Below, piece by piece: positions 11,941 to 25,012 of a stretch of 64,000 nucleotides of DNA (positions are counted from its first letter, which is position 1; every line of letters starts with the position of its first letter). The translations under genes were made by a program, and so were the position numbers. The stretch is from Chiloscyllium plagiosum (taxonomy: Eukaryota), in contig NC_057719.1 of NCBI RefSeq assembly GCF_004010195.1, forward strand, positions 71,936,055 through 72,000,054. The letters are read 5' to 3'. Below the pieces are notes generated by a model, which was not told the DNA's origin, did not search any database, and worked only from the letters and a program-made list of their open reading frames with translations.

Positions 11941-12894
11941 GTCTAGACATTTACAACCATTAATCTCAGATGTCCTGAAAATACATTAAAACTAAAATCA
12001 ACACAGGAGCTAGTGTCAACACATTATGAGTAGACATCCTGAAGACTATATACCTAACTGGGTGCCACTCCATTGTATAATGGATCACCAATTCTGTGCA
12101 GTGGGAGAATCACACAGTTGTGCCAATAAAGCTTGTGGAATCACCTGTTCGTCTACCAATGTAAATGCTACTGGTGTAAAGATATGTCTTTTTATTTTTC
12201 TGTATTTTTGATTGTGGACTGAAGTGGGAAAAGATCTGCTTTAAAAACCAAGAATTCTGGAAATATTACTACACTTTTTTTAAAAAAACATGTTAACTGA
12301 CAATCTTTATAAATGCTGTTTACTGTACTGAATGGATGAATGATGTTATTGTTAGATATATCTAAGAAAATACAGCAAAAAATGTGTCACTGCAATTTGA
12401 TGCCAGTTTGAGTTACAAAAATAATAAAAAGAAATTACTTAAATAGAGTTCACCTTCCGTTCAAATTGGGTCTCAAGCACAGCTTCTGCAAGGTCTCTGC
12501 AAGGTGCTCCCGTCTTCAAGGAGTTCCCATTCTGGCTACAGTAACGATGATGGGTTATGCCCTAGGAGACACTGGCTCTGCTACTGCTGCTGACTGGCTG
12601 ACACTGCCAAGAGCCCAGGCTCCAGGCCTACTGCAGCCAGGAGTCCCCTGTCCAGACACTGTCACCTTCAAAAACCCATCACCATCAGGAGTCCTGTTTG
12701 TACAAACAGTGGTTAGATTATTTCAAACGAGCTGGAGCCAGAGGGAAAATATAAAGAGAAAAGGAGTTGATTGGCCTGTGGACTGGTGACTATTTGTCAG
12801 TGAAAAATAACTATTTGTCATTGCCTCAGTGGCACTATATTTGAGGTGTATACTAGAATCCAGGAGTGCTTTGTGGAATAAACTATCTGTTTCT

Positions 12895-14215
12895 GTCATA
12901 GTATCATGCCCTACAACTGACCCTGAAATAGCAAATTAAGGTCCAGAACCAGACTTTATGGCTATTCATCATCATCCTTGTTCCTGTTTTTACCTGCCTT
13001 TCTTCAAAGAGATATGTATGATGTGCTAAATCCTCCGCCATTGCTGGAGGTGCTGCTCCATCAATGGAGTCTCACTCAGCAATGAGTTAACTTTGTTTGC
13101 TGCACCTGAAGATTAGAGGAGGTCCAAAGCTATGCCTGGAACTCTGTTTCATAAAGAATGATGCAATTTAGGAACAAGATATGGGGTATCGATAAGCTCT
13201 TTCACTTTGCAGTGAAGTATCTGAAAGGATGGATACAGTCTCCTGTGTCCAATTGAAATTTAGCTTTCTTGTCCTGCTTTTATTTATAGCAGGCTGAAAT
13301 GATCTATTATTATATGTTTTGTGCTGGGGTTTGAGCAAAAGACCTGTTATTCTTTCAAGTTCAAAAGAAGTGTATTATGGGAAAAGTGTCAAATGTTCAG
13401 ACCACCTGTATTTATGAAGTCAGACACTTGGTGTTTGGGGGAGATAGGATAGTGGTCAATATAATAGAGTCCAAAGGTATGGTGCTGCAAAAGTACAGCA
13501 GGTCAGGCAGCATCCAAGGAGCAGGTGAATCAATGTTTCGAGCATAAGCCCTTCATCGGAAATGTGTAGCTGAGAGATAAGTAGGGGAGTAGGGGTGGGG
13601 TTGTTGGGAAGGTAACTGGGAAGGTGATAGGTGGATGCAGGTGGTGGTGATTGTGATAGGTGGTGGAGAGGGTGGAGCAGATAGGTGGGAAGATGAACAG
13701 GTAGGACAGTTCAAGAGGGCGGTGTCGAGTTTGAGGGTTGGATCTGGGATGATATGGGGGGAGGGGAGATTTGGAAACTAGTGAAGTCTATGTTGATGCA
13801 CTTTTCCCTCAAGAATGTACTTGCTTTGAACTTGAAAGAATGGCTGGGTATTTTGCTCAATCCTCAGCACAAAGCGTTTAAAACTATATCACTTCAGCCT
13901 GCTATAATTAAAAGCAGAATACTGTGGCGATCTGAAATAAAAATAATATAATAGTTAAATACTAGATTCTCTCCTAATTCCTAATTTGTGTGTATATCTG
14001 TTAATTTATTATTTCTTCTCACATTTAGTATTTAATAAACTCTTTGATGTCCTCAAGGAAACCTGGTTAAGTTGGATACTTTTAAAACAAATTTAGCCTG
14101 GAAGAAAGGCCTTGACCTCAGGAAGGGATCCTTTCTAAATTAACATTATTGTGACTAACAAGCAGGAGTGGATTAATAAAGAAGGAAGCCACTTCATTTC
14201 TCACATCTGAGATTG
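12895..14215 (+). repeat. Probable old solo LTR, interrupted by a Penelope fragment
   Basis: Its 3' part (taataaactct...ttgtgactaacaag...taaagaaggaagcca...) resembles 35375-35560; boundaries uncertain. Confidence 0.35.
13467..13800 (-). mobile_element. Penelope-like element 3' end (ORF C-terminus, C-rich 3'UTR, pLTR with hammerhead-like core)
   Basis: Minus strand reads CINIDFTSFQ, then a C-rich UTR, then ccgatga-a-gggc-ttat-gctc-gaaac (13532-13559); same downstream sequence as the mini-elements. Confidence 0.75.
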
Positions 14216-14917
14216 GACTGATTTTGGGGACTCTGTCCGGAACCATAAGAAATTGAATAAACTTGCCCAGGGACTGATTGTAATACACAGCACTCAGAGG
14301 TGGGCAGGGTGCTGTTGACACAAAGATTGGATAAATATTAGGGCCCATTAAAAACTGTACAGTCCTACTATTTACTGCAAAACATGCGATTTCATTTAGC
14401 ACCTATTATGGTAGCACTTAACTTTCCAAAATGTTGGCATATGAAAACAAAAGGAAGAGTTACAAAAAACAGAGGTCATGATGTCTATGATTAGCATCAA
14501 TAATTATCAGTGTGTTGTTTGTGGAAATTAGCTGAGAGAGAATAGTAACCAGACCCTCAGATGAAGGCAGGCAAGGGAATGACAATCATCCTACGTCATA
14601 ACTTGCTTTCCCGTGGCCATTGGCCAAATGGTATCAGACAACTGACGGACCCAGAGAAAATAATCTGTTGATAGAATTATAATGAAACAATTAATTTCAG
14701 GCTCAGTGAGGAGTCCTCAGGAGAGGAGGCATCAGGGGAGGCTCACTGGGGTTAGGCCAAATCTGTGCTGGAATAGCCGTGGAGAGGCCAAGATAGTTAA
14801 GGAGCCAAATTTTGCGCTGGAATAATGATATTGGGGCTATGTTAACCCTGTGTTGGAGGATCTGCACAAGGCCCAAGAATAGAGTAGACCCAGGGCAAAG
14901 GGGAATTCTCATCAAGC

Positions 14918-17299
14918 CGACTGGGACTGCCATAGAGTTAAGGGTTTAGATGGAGAGGAATTTGTTAAGTGCGTACAAGAAAATTTTCTGATTCAGTATG
15001 TGGATGTACCTAGTAGAGAAGGTGCAAAACTTGGCCTACTCATGAGAAATAAGGCAGGGCAGGTGACTGAGGTGTCAGTAGGGGAGCACTTTGGGGTCAG
15101 TGACCATAATTCTATTAGATTTAAAATAGTGATGGAAAAGGATAGACCAGATCTAAAAGTTGAAGTTTTAAATTGGAGAAAGGCCAATTTTGACGGTATT
15201 AGGCAAGAACTTTCAAAAGCTGATTGGGGGCAGATGTTTGCATGTAGAGGTACGGCTGGAAAATGGAAAGCCTTCAGAAATGAGATAATGAGAATCCAGA
15301 GAAAGTATATTCCTGTTAGGGTGAAAAGAAAGGCTGGTAGGTAAAGGGAATGCTGAATGACTAAAGAAATTGAAAGTTTGGTTAAGAAAAAGAAGGAAGT
15401 ATATGTAAGATATAGACAGGATAGATCGAATGAATCCTTAGAAGAGTATAAAGGCAGTAGGAGTATACTTAAGAGGGAAATCAGGAGGGCAAAAAGGGAA
15501 TATGAGATAGCTTTGGCAAATAGAATTAAGGAAAATCCAAAGGGTTTTTACAAATACGTTAAGGACAAAAGGGTAACTCGGGAGAGAATAGGGCCCCTCA
15601 AAGATCAGCATAGCGGCCTTTGTGTAGAGGCGCAGAAAATGCGGGAGATATTAAATGAGTATACTGCATCAGTATTTATTGTGGAAAAGGATATGGAAGA
15701 TATAGTAAATAGATAGTGATACCTTGCAAAATGTCCATGTTGTAGACGAGGAAGTGCTGGATGTCTTGAAAAGCATAAAGGTGGGTAAATCCCCAGGACC
15801 TGATCAGGTGTACCCAAGAACTCTGTGGGAAGCTAGGGAAGTGATTGCTGGGCCTCTTGCTGAGATATTTGTATCATCGATAATCACAGATGAGGTGCCA
15901 GGAGACTGGAGGTTGGCTAAGGTGGTGGTAAGGACAAGGCAGGGAACTATAGACCAGTGAGCCTGATGTCGATGGTGAGCAAGTTGTTGGAGGGAATCCT
16001 GAGGGATTTGGAAAAGCAAGGACTGATTAGGGATAGTCAACATGGCTTTGTGAGTGGGAAATCATGTCTCACAAACTGACCGAGTTTTTGAAGAAATAAC
16101 AAAAAGGATTGATGAGGGCAGAGCAGTAGATATGATTTATATGGACTTCAGTAAGGCGTTCGACAAGGTTCCTTATGGGAGACGAGTGAGCAAGGTTAGA
16201 TCTCACGGAATACAGGGAGAATGAGCCTTCTGGATACAGAACTGGCTCAAAGGTAGAAGACAGAGGGTGGTGGTGGAGGGTTGTTTTTCACACTGGAGGC
16301 CTGTGACCAGTGGAGTGCCACGAGGATCGGTGTTGGGTCCTCTATATTTTGTCATTTACACAAATGATTTGGATGCGAGTATAAGAGGTACAGTTAGTAA
16401 GTTTGCAGGTGACACCAAAATTGGAGGTGTAGTGGACAGCGAAGAGGGTTACCTCAGATTACAACAGGATCTTATCCAGATGGGCCAATGGGCAGAGAAG
16501 TGGCAGATGGAGTTTAATTCAGATAAATTCGAGGTGCTGCATTTTATGAAAGGAAATCTTAGCAGGACATATACACTTAATGGTAAGGTTCTAGGGAGTG
16601 TTGCTGAACAAAGAGACCTTGGAGTGCAGGTTCATAGCTCCTTGAAAGTGGAGTCGCAGGTGGATAGGATAGTGAAGAAGACGTTTGGTATGCTTTCCTT
16701 TATTGGTCAGAGTATTGAGTACAGGGGTTGGGAGGTCATGTTGCGGCTGTACAGGATATTGGTTAGGCCACTGTTGGAATATTGCATGCAATTCTGGTCT
16801 CCTTCCTATTGGAAAGATGTTGTGAAACTTGAAAGGGTTCAGAAAAGATTTACAAGGATCTGAGCTATAGGGAGAGGCTGAACAGGCTGGAGCGGTTTTC
16901 CCTGGAGCGTCGGAGGCTGAGGGGTGGCCTTATAGAGGTTTACAAAATTATGAGGGGCATGGATAGGGTAAATAGGCAAAATCTTTTCCCTGGGGTCTGG
17001 GAGTCCAGAACTAGAGGGCATAGGTTTAGGGTGAGAGGGGAAAGATATAAAAGAGACCTAAGGGGCAACATTTTCACACAGAGCGTGGTACGTGTATGGA
17101 ATGAGCTGCAGAAGGAAGTGGTGGAGACTGGTACAATTGCAACATTTAAAAGGCATTTGGATGGGTATATGAATAGGAAAGGTTTGGAGGGATATAGGCC
17201 GGGTGCTGGCAAGTGGGATTAGATTGGGTTGGGATATCTGATCAGCATGGACGGGTTGGACCAAAGGGTCTGTTTCCATGCTGTACATCTCTATGACTT
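14918..17299 (+). mobile_element. 5'-truncated CR1 LINE (HER1-like), ORF2 EN-RT and 3' tail
   Basis: SDHN, KSPGPDQ, QHGF, MDFSKAFDKV, SGVPRGSVLGP, KFAGDTK; ends ctctatgact; several stops and small deletions. Confidence 0.95.
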
Positions 17300-18434
17300 T
17301 AAGACCCAGTAGGCAGGCAGTCCCCAGAGAGCAGGTTTCACCAGGCAGGTGGAAGTTGAACCAGAAGAAGAGGAGGAAGACACAGGGAAGACTCCCCTAA
17401 CACCTTACCAAGCACTAACAAGACCAAAACACACCATGCTCATAGTGGATGGTCCAATGGCATCAGCGAACCATTCCCAATTAACACTATTATATACTTT
17501 GTAAAATCTAATTAACTAATGTATCATCGAAATACATTCTGAACAAATTTAATAAACTATCAGAAAATTACTTGTGATAAACCCTTGACTGCCTAAACTT
17601 GGATATTGTGATCATGAGCCCCTAAAATTAACAGCCACAGTGTGAATAAAAAGTAATCCCTGGAGCTGTGCTCTCTTCCAGTTGTGGCTCTGTCTTTCTG
17701 GCCTATTGGTACTTCCCTGATTGATGAACTGGAGTTTGTTTTGCTCCAATTAGTGGGCAGGTAAGGATTCAAGAGAAGTGATATTGCTTTAAAAAATCAA
17801 AAAGAAATAAGGGAGCAGAGGTGTGGGGTGGTCAAGGGAAAACAATAATCGAAGCATCACAGGAATGGGCAGTACGTAGCAGAAGAAGAGTGCACCAGTG
17901 TAAGTATTGATTTTAAAAAACCCAATGCTTAACATGCTGTTTTAAAAATGCAATCAGTATTTGTAACAAGATAGATGAGCTGACAGCACAGATAGAAGTA
18001 AATTAATGTGACTTAAAACTATTACAGAGATGTGGTTATTCAAGAGTATTCAACTTTCTCGAAAAAAAAATAGAAAGGATAGCATTGTAAATAATGAAGG
18101 TATTTGTGTGGTGGTGATATAGGTACAGTTGTGACGTGGAATCAGTTTGGGTGGAACTGAGGAATAGGAAGGGAACTGGTGGCAGTAATCTATGCAGTCT
18201 CACTGCAGCACAAAGTATTGGTTGAAATATAAGTCAGTCAGAGGCAGCTCAATGCAGCATATTTGCTAATGCACTTAGTACTAAAGCCCACCACTGAATT
18301 TGGCCTGAAGCTATGGATGGCACTACCTTGTCCTCTTTAAGTAGACCTAGAGGGGGTTTATGGTCTAATATTATTACTGACTTCCTGACTCCAAATATGA
18401 CCGCCAAACCTTCCTTCTCTATTGGGTTTAGTTA

Positions 18435-18641
18435 GTTAAAAATCACACAACACCAGGTTATAGTTCAACAGGTTTAATTGGAAGCATCAGCTTTCAGAGC
18501 ACCACTCCTTCATCACCACCTGATGAAGGAGCATCGATCCGAAAGCTAGTGTGCTTCCAATTAAACCTGTTGTACTATAACCTGGTGTTGTGTGATTTTT
18601 AACTTTGTACACCCCAATCCAACACCGGCATCTCCAAATCA
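18435..18641 (+). mobile_element. Fold-back Penelope pLTR-type mini-element with two opposed hammerhead motifs
   Basis: Inverted arms about 18434-18515 and 18521-18604; 12-bp TSD with 1 mismatch TGGGT(T/G)TAGTTA at 18423-18434 and 18642-18653. Confidence 0.8.
18517..18551 (+). ncRNA. Minimal hammerhead ribozyme motif
   Basis: CAC-CUGAUGA-a-GGA-gcaucga-UCC-GAAA-GC-UA-GUG: stem I CAC/GUG, palindromic AGCU at stem III. Confidence 0.72.
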
Positions 18642-19099
18642 TGGGTGTAGTTACACTTTGCATTAGGCAGAGTCCTGGATGCATACATTATTAATGGCAT
18701 TCCACTCCATTGGGCCACCCATGAGCTAGTACAAACCGATGTCATATGGGGAGGTATTGCACGTCAATACCAGATCTTCAGCAGGATCGAATGGATCAAG
18801 CTTCTCAAATAACAGCATGATGACAGAAGTGTTTAGTCCCAATTCAAAGATGACTATTGCAAGTGAATTTGTTCAGGAGTGCATTTTTCTCCCATCACCA
18901 AGTCACCCTTTATTTCCACATGGCAAGTCCTTGACATTGATTCAGCTTTCTCAGAGAGAGCTATCAGCATGAACAGAGCCTCTAACATTCCTGTTTATAT
19001 CTGACAGCCAGGGCTCCCTGCTTGGACCAAATTAACAACCTCAATCAGGGAATTCATATTCTGTGATGTCCATCTGTCTGATCTCATTCCAATCACCAG

Positions 19100-19915
19100 A
19101 GTTAGCATGTAGATGCAACAAGTAATTAGGAAAGCAAAAGGGAATTTTGATCTTTATTGCTAGGATTTGGACTTTAAAAATCATATAAGGTACCCGTGAG
19201 TGGCACCTTGGGTGACGTGCATTGCTTTTCCCACCCTGCCCTCCCTTTTTAAATAGGTTGTACAGTAATTAAGGCTGTTTGGAAGATAGTCACCAGTCTG
19301 GGAAGATGGGTTTGATTTAGCAATAATGGCAAAATGGGTTATAGTCATAGAGTCATAGAGATATACATCATGGAAACAGACCCTTCAGTCCAACCTGTCC
19401 ATGCCGACCAGATATCCCAACCCAATCTCGTCCGATCTGCCAGCACCCGGCCCATATCCCTCCAGATCCTTCCTATTCATATACCCATCCAAATTCCTTT
19501 TAAATGTTGCAATTGTAGCAGCCTTCATATGCTTTTATTTATTAGAGTTTGAAAGAATGAGAACTGATCTTATTGAAATGTACAAGATTCTGAGGGGATT
19601 GACAAATATTGGGAAGATGCTTCCATTAGGAGGTGATCTCAAACTAAAGAACATAGTTCCAGAATAAGGGAGCAGTCATTTAAAGGATGCAAAGGAATTT
19701 CTACTCTTAGAGTGTTGGGAATCTGGAATTCTCTACTCCAGAAAGGTGTGGATGTTAAATCACTAAGTATGTAAAGAGGAGGTAGATAGATTTTGAGATA
19801 TCATGGAGTTGATGACAATAAGAAACTGGAACTAAGGAGGAGTTGAGGCAGAACAACCACAATCTTATAGAATTTCAGAACAGGCTGAATGACTTAATTT
19901 TTTATTATAATCATG
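19100..19915 (+). mobile_element. Old CR1 3' fragment containing a younger inverted CR1 tail (about 19341-19520, minus strand)
   Basis: RMRTDLIEMYKILRG motif; the internal segment is the reverse complement of about 17125-17297. Confidence 0.75.
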
Positions 19916-19939
19916 ATTTTTATGTTCCAAGGAAATTCT

Positions 19940-20300
19940 CGGCACCTTAGCTTCCTGCACTGATCTTTGCAGCATCAGGCCTTCAATGGACTGTAGGAAT
20001 TCTGATAAAGTTTCATCCAGCACTCCCACTATAATGCTGTCGTGTGGAAACTCATCCTCAATGATGAGTACTGCCAATTATTTGTGAGGTAGTACAATTC
20101 ATTTATAAAAGTGCCAGTGGTTTCCATGGCACCCACTTGTGTTGGCAAACATTGCCTGGCCAAGAATCTCATTTTGTCGTAAATTGAAATAGGAATGGAA
20201 GCATGGAATTTCTTTGTCGTAGGTTGCATGTTTTGTCTGGAAACAGTGGCATTGTTACTGATTGGTACGTGGTCTTTTTTTTGCCATTTCAATTGAGACC
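19940..20300 (-). mobile_element. Decayed Gypsy gag fragment
   Basis: ETTGTFINELYYL...QYSSL and DEFPHDSIIVGVLDETLSEFLQ..LMLQRSVQ resemble the Gypsy gag consensus (F..ELY.LA..C.Y...D..IRDRIV.G..D..L...LQ). Confidence 0.5.
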
Positions 20301-21742
20301 TGAAGCAGTATTGTATCTGCTAAACCATTAGCACCAATATACCAAATACACAACCTGGTCAGAGCATTCTGTATGCAATAGAGAGTCTGGTAAAATTTCT
20401 CCATCATTGTTGTATTTGCCCTGTGGGCTACGGTGAGTGAAATGCTTTTCTTTCCTGACCTTGTAAGTAGCTTTGATTTTTATGAAATATTTAACTCCCA
20501 TTATGATTTGTTTCCTTGCCAAGTACTGTCTCAGGCCTTTTCCCACACCTTTTCAGCTTTTGAATGTTGAGATAAGTTCTAAACATCATGTTACGTTGGC
20601 TCTACACTTTCTACGGAGGCCATTCAGTGTCTTGGGGAGTTCTCCCCTTACCTTTGGAGATACAGGATCCCAAGGTCATAGTAGTTATAACTGACTAACT
20701 CTAGTTGTACTTAACACTGTCATGCAGTAAACCTCCTTGTTATCTCAGGCCAAATTCTCTTCTGTAGTTACTTTACTGTTGTGTACCTCTGACCACTAAT
20801 CTCTAGACAGGAAAAAATCACAGCACAGGCATTTCCTTCCCACAGTTCAATATCTTGATGAGCCATGAAGTCCGTTGCTTGTTGGCCATTTTTGCTCGGT
20901 CTGTGGTTATCCTGTCTCTCCCCCTCCCTCAGGGCTCTTGCTGTAACTTGCCTCTGGTTCTATGGGCCTGGTCACTGTTGCCACCTTGTAATAAACTGAG
21001 GCCCATATGCCTGGAGCAGGTTTTCTCAGCACAAATACTCACATCGGGTGGTAAAAGGGAATATCTTCTCTGGAGTCCTGAAGACCCATATTCCAGTTCC
21101 ATGAGGTTAGGTATTCCCACGTCATAGCTCCTTTCACACTTGTGCAGGAGCTATCTTTAGAATAAAAATAGAATTCCCTTCACATGACAATCCGTGCAGG
21201 TTTTCCCTGCTCATAAATTCTTGCATTGCCAATTGTTGGACAGCCTAATGAGCATGAGCTAACTGTAAGTGTTACTGTCCTCACAGGAACCTGGAACCTT
21301 TGCTGCTCAGACACTCAACAGCAGGTTGAAATCACTGGGCTAGGCAGCACTACAATATATTTAATAGGCAGCATAAGGTTTTAGTGCCATCCACATCATA
21401 GCAAACAGGCATAGGCTAAGCCCTCTGATCTCTATGCCTGTTTTTGGGCCTCACAAAATATATTGCTTCTGATTTTATGGCACATGAACATCTGTGTAGC
21501 TGTGGGGTAGAAGTTCTGTTGATTTAAAACATACTCTTAAGGATAATATTTACAAAATAGATTGTAACTTCACTTCCTTGTAAATGGTTTTCTGATCAGT
21601 GGTGATATGGTCCAGAAACAGAGGCAAGTGTTGAGCTGGACTCAATCCAATTTCTGACTAACCGTGCATGGGAATTGCACAATAATGGGTGAGAATTTTC
21701 TGCAATGTTTGCTACAACTGAGAGCCAGCATGTACTGAGAAC

Positions 21743-23535
21743 TCATCGTCATCGGCAATCACACTCTAACGAGTATGATCGTCCACCCAGGAGATTCCAT
21801 GTCACTGGTCCTGGATTCTATTGGCACCTGTGTAGCTGATGAACCTGATTGTAGAGCTGCATCTCTAACCACACATTTGGAAGTGTTTCGGTGAAGTAGT
21901 TGTGGTCCTTAGCCTCAAAATCATTGGCATTCCTTTCTCCGGTTCCTCTTCCGTACTTTCTTTTGCTGCTGGGTGTTCTGAAAGAACTGTGTCCCTTCAT
22001 ACAGAAGCATTCTCCAAGTCAGTTTCTTCTGAATAAGGGTTTCCCATACATTGACATCCATGTTGCATTTCGTGGAGCCTTTGAAACCCCCACATTATCC
22101 CCCTCTTGCTCCAGTGTCTTCTTTGAGTGAGAGTCATAGAATCAAATTGCATAAAGATGATTTGCTTTGGCAGTCGGGACTCGGGCATCCTAAGCACGTG
22201 GCTGGCCCAGGGGAGTTGGTTTCAATCGATCATCGTGTCGATTCTGGTGCTATGGGCTGCTTCAAGAGCGCTGATGTTAGTCTGTCCTCCCAGTTGATGT
22301 GGAGAATTCATCTCCACATCAGCATTAACAACATTAATGGTACTTCCCAAGGGACTTGAGCAATCAATATGCAGTACAAGTTTCTAAGCCAGATGGATAA
22401 GCTGGAATAATGATTGTCTTAATCACAAGGATCTTGGTATCAGCACGGATATCACATTCATCAAAGACTTTCACGCTTAAGTGGCTTAAGGTGATTCACG
22501 TAGATTGGATGCAATGTTGAATCTCTGCATTGATGTTGGCCTTGGATGAGAGCCAGCTTCCCAGGTAAAGGAAATGTTCCACCTTCGGGAGGATTTCTCC
22601 TTTGATCTCATTGAGGAGATAGACTGGAATTTGACCTTGGATGAGTTGGTGAAGGATTTGAATCTTCAAACTTGAGTATGCTTCAGCAAAGGCATTCAGA
22701 GACGCTAGACGATTCTCTTCCAAGAGAGCAGAAATGATATTGTCATGCACTTACTGAAGTTCCAAAAGAGAGATTGGGATTGTTCCCTTCTTGGATTTCA
22801 ACCAGCTGAGGTTGGAAAGATTTCCATCCATCCTGTAGGCAATGTCCATTCCAGCTTGTTCTTGACAAGATGAAAATGGAGAGAAGGGTGGAGCTGATGA
22901 TATTCTTGCTTGACTCCTGTCTTGATCTCAAAGGATTCTGTCATATTATCATTGGCGAGGACCATGGCTAATGCCTTGTTGTGGAAAAGATGGATGATGC
23001 TGATGAATTTCACTGGACAGCCAGCTTTTGACAAGGTCTTCCATTGTATTTTCAAATTGACTGAGTCAAAAGTCTTGGTCAGATTGATGAAAACCATATA
23101 GAGTGGTTAGTGTGTAGTTTCTGTCCATAATCCCACACTTTGGTCGGAAGTTGCACTGACTTTATGGAAGGATTTCCTGAGAGAGTGGGCAAAGGCATCA
23201 GGGGAGGATTTGGGTGATGATCTTCCCAACAATGGAAAGGTTGGGGGGGTAGATGTCTCAGTAGTTTCCATAGTCCTCTTTGTCTCCTTTATTGAAGGCA
23301 ATGGTGATGACAGCATTCTTGAGATCAGTAAGGGTTTCATTTCTGGGAATGAAACATTGCAGAGTACATGAATAGATTGTAAAGGAGATTCTAATGATGG
23401 TTCTGCCAGGCAGGTCAGCAGGGATCTGTCAATTTGGGCTCTGCCTCCAACTACCATTGGTTCTGATGTTAATTTATTTAGACCTGGCATCAGCAGGTAC
23501 AGAGCCTTCTCAGGACTGCTCACATCTGTTAACAA
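21743..23535 (-). mobile_element. RTE-clade LINE fragment (RT and 3' end), decayed
   Basis: FINLTKTFDSVN, FEIKTGVKQ, VEHFLYLGSWLS..INAEIQHCI, RMPESRLPKQI; tail gattgccgatgacgatga. Confidence 0.85.
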
Positions 23536-24149
23536 GATTTAATGACATGTAAGAAGTACATTGCTTCTGTTTAACATTCAGGGCAACTTTTATTCAAACT
23601 AAAAGAAAATGACTGTAAATACTGAAGTCTCAATCACTGAGCTGTAACCTTAAACAGTTATCAGACCTCCAAGAACCACTGCTGCCAGTGCCCTGTCACG
23701 ATAGCGCTTTGCTGATGTTTGAATATTTACACCTGACTTGCTTTGGGAATCAGCAGAGAGCTCCACCCAGCCTCTGACTCACGGCTATCTGCTGACACTG
23801 GCTGGAAGGTATCCTGGTGTCTCTGAACAGAGAAAAACCACACTGGCTGGCTCTTTAAGAAATGAATGGTGTAGCAGCAACATATTAAGTCACTCAAAAG
23901 TTGTTAGTAATTCAACAAGGTTTTGACGAGAAGTTGTGTAGAAATTGCGTTTAATCTGAAAGTGAGTGTGGGTGGATGTGCAACTGTCATACTTAATGAA
24001 ATAAGCTTAGTCTTTTTATACATAAAATAAATAGAGAGAAAACTGAAGAAACTCAACATTTGACAACATCTGTGTTTTGTCCAGCATTCTCAGAGTTTGT
24101 TTCAGATTTCTAGAAGCCACAATATCTTGTTTTTATTAGTTTTGTACCT

Positions 24150-24437
24150 AGAATTGCTTAACTGTGGAAACAGGCCATTCAGCCCAACAGGACCACACCA
24201 ACGCTCTGAAGAGCATCCCACCCAGACCCATTCCCCTACCTTATCCCTGTAACCCGATATCACCCATGGCAAACATATCTAAACTATGTATCCCTGAACA
24301 CGTTAGGTAATTTAGCATGGTCAATCATTAACTTTCACATCTTTGGACTGTGGGAGGAAATCGGAGCATGCGGAGGAAACCCACACTGATACAGGGAAAG
24401 CGTGCAAACTCCACACAGACAGCCACTCAAGGCTGAG
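24150..24437 (-). mobile_element. HE1-type SINE, head missing
   Basis: Reverse-complement similarity to 6220-6415. Confidence 0.8.
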
Positions 24438-24759
24438 CATTGCCAGTGTTGGAGAACAGGGCTCCTCCATTGTCAGGCACCTTTTAAAGGCATCTCTACA
24501 CTGTTTTTAGGGAAATGTGGCCGAGCAGCTAGACCAGCACAGCTAGAGAGACCCTATTGTTACTCTGGCCAGCAGCGGTGCCTCACTGATGCCTGGACCC
24601 ACTGGTGATGTGTGTGTGTGTGTGTTAGAGGCCATGAACACACTCTCTGCCGGGCACCGACAACATGTCTCCAGACACAGGTCAGGTTTTGGTCTCAGTG
24701 GGAAGCTTGTCCGGGAAGATGTAAGTGCACTTCGATCCACGAATAACTGGACACTTTTA

Positions 24760-25012
24760 GAGTCGAAACGTGGTGTGATGCTGGAAAAGCTCAGCAGAGC
24801 AGGCAGCATTCAAGGACCAACAGAGTCAATGTTTTGGCATAAGCTCTTCATCAGGAATGGTATTAGGCATTTGAACTCTGGCATTTCTGATGAAGGACTT
24901 ATGCCTGATGCATTGACTCTCCTGTTCCTCAGATGCTGCCTGACCTGCTGTGCTTTTCCAGTGCCATACGTTTTGACTCCAACTCTCCAGCATCTGCAGT
25001 TCTCACTTTCCA
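24760..25012 (+). mobile_element. Fold-back Penelope pLTR-type mini-element, older, with degenerate hammerhead cores
   Basis: Inverted arms about 24760-24859 and 24882-24979; CTGATGA on both strands around the loop. Confidence 0.75.

Larger units (their letters stand above)
8480..12150 (+). mobile_element. Heavily decayed Gypsy gag-protease relic, host of the hAT and of a hammerhead mini-element
   Basis: Gag-like SID*FVRRCHSQ and LVIVSIPIKAFRNE at about 8920-9060; knuckle-like AFGDSCT..GTMGYWA at about 9220-9270; after the hAT, TLKLKINTGASVNTL (decayed DTGA protease motif) at about 11985-12026. Boundaries are approximate. Confidence 0.6.

Noticed and set aside
18434..18604. miRNA precursor or classical MITE
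   Set aside because: The hairpin is a dispersed repeat with asymmetric ends, a long variable TSD and Penelope-type hammerhead motifs
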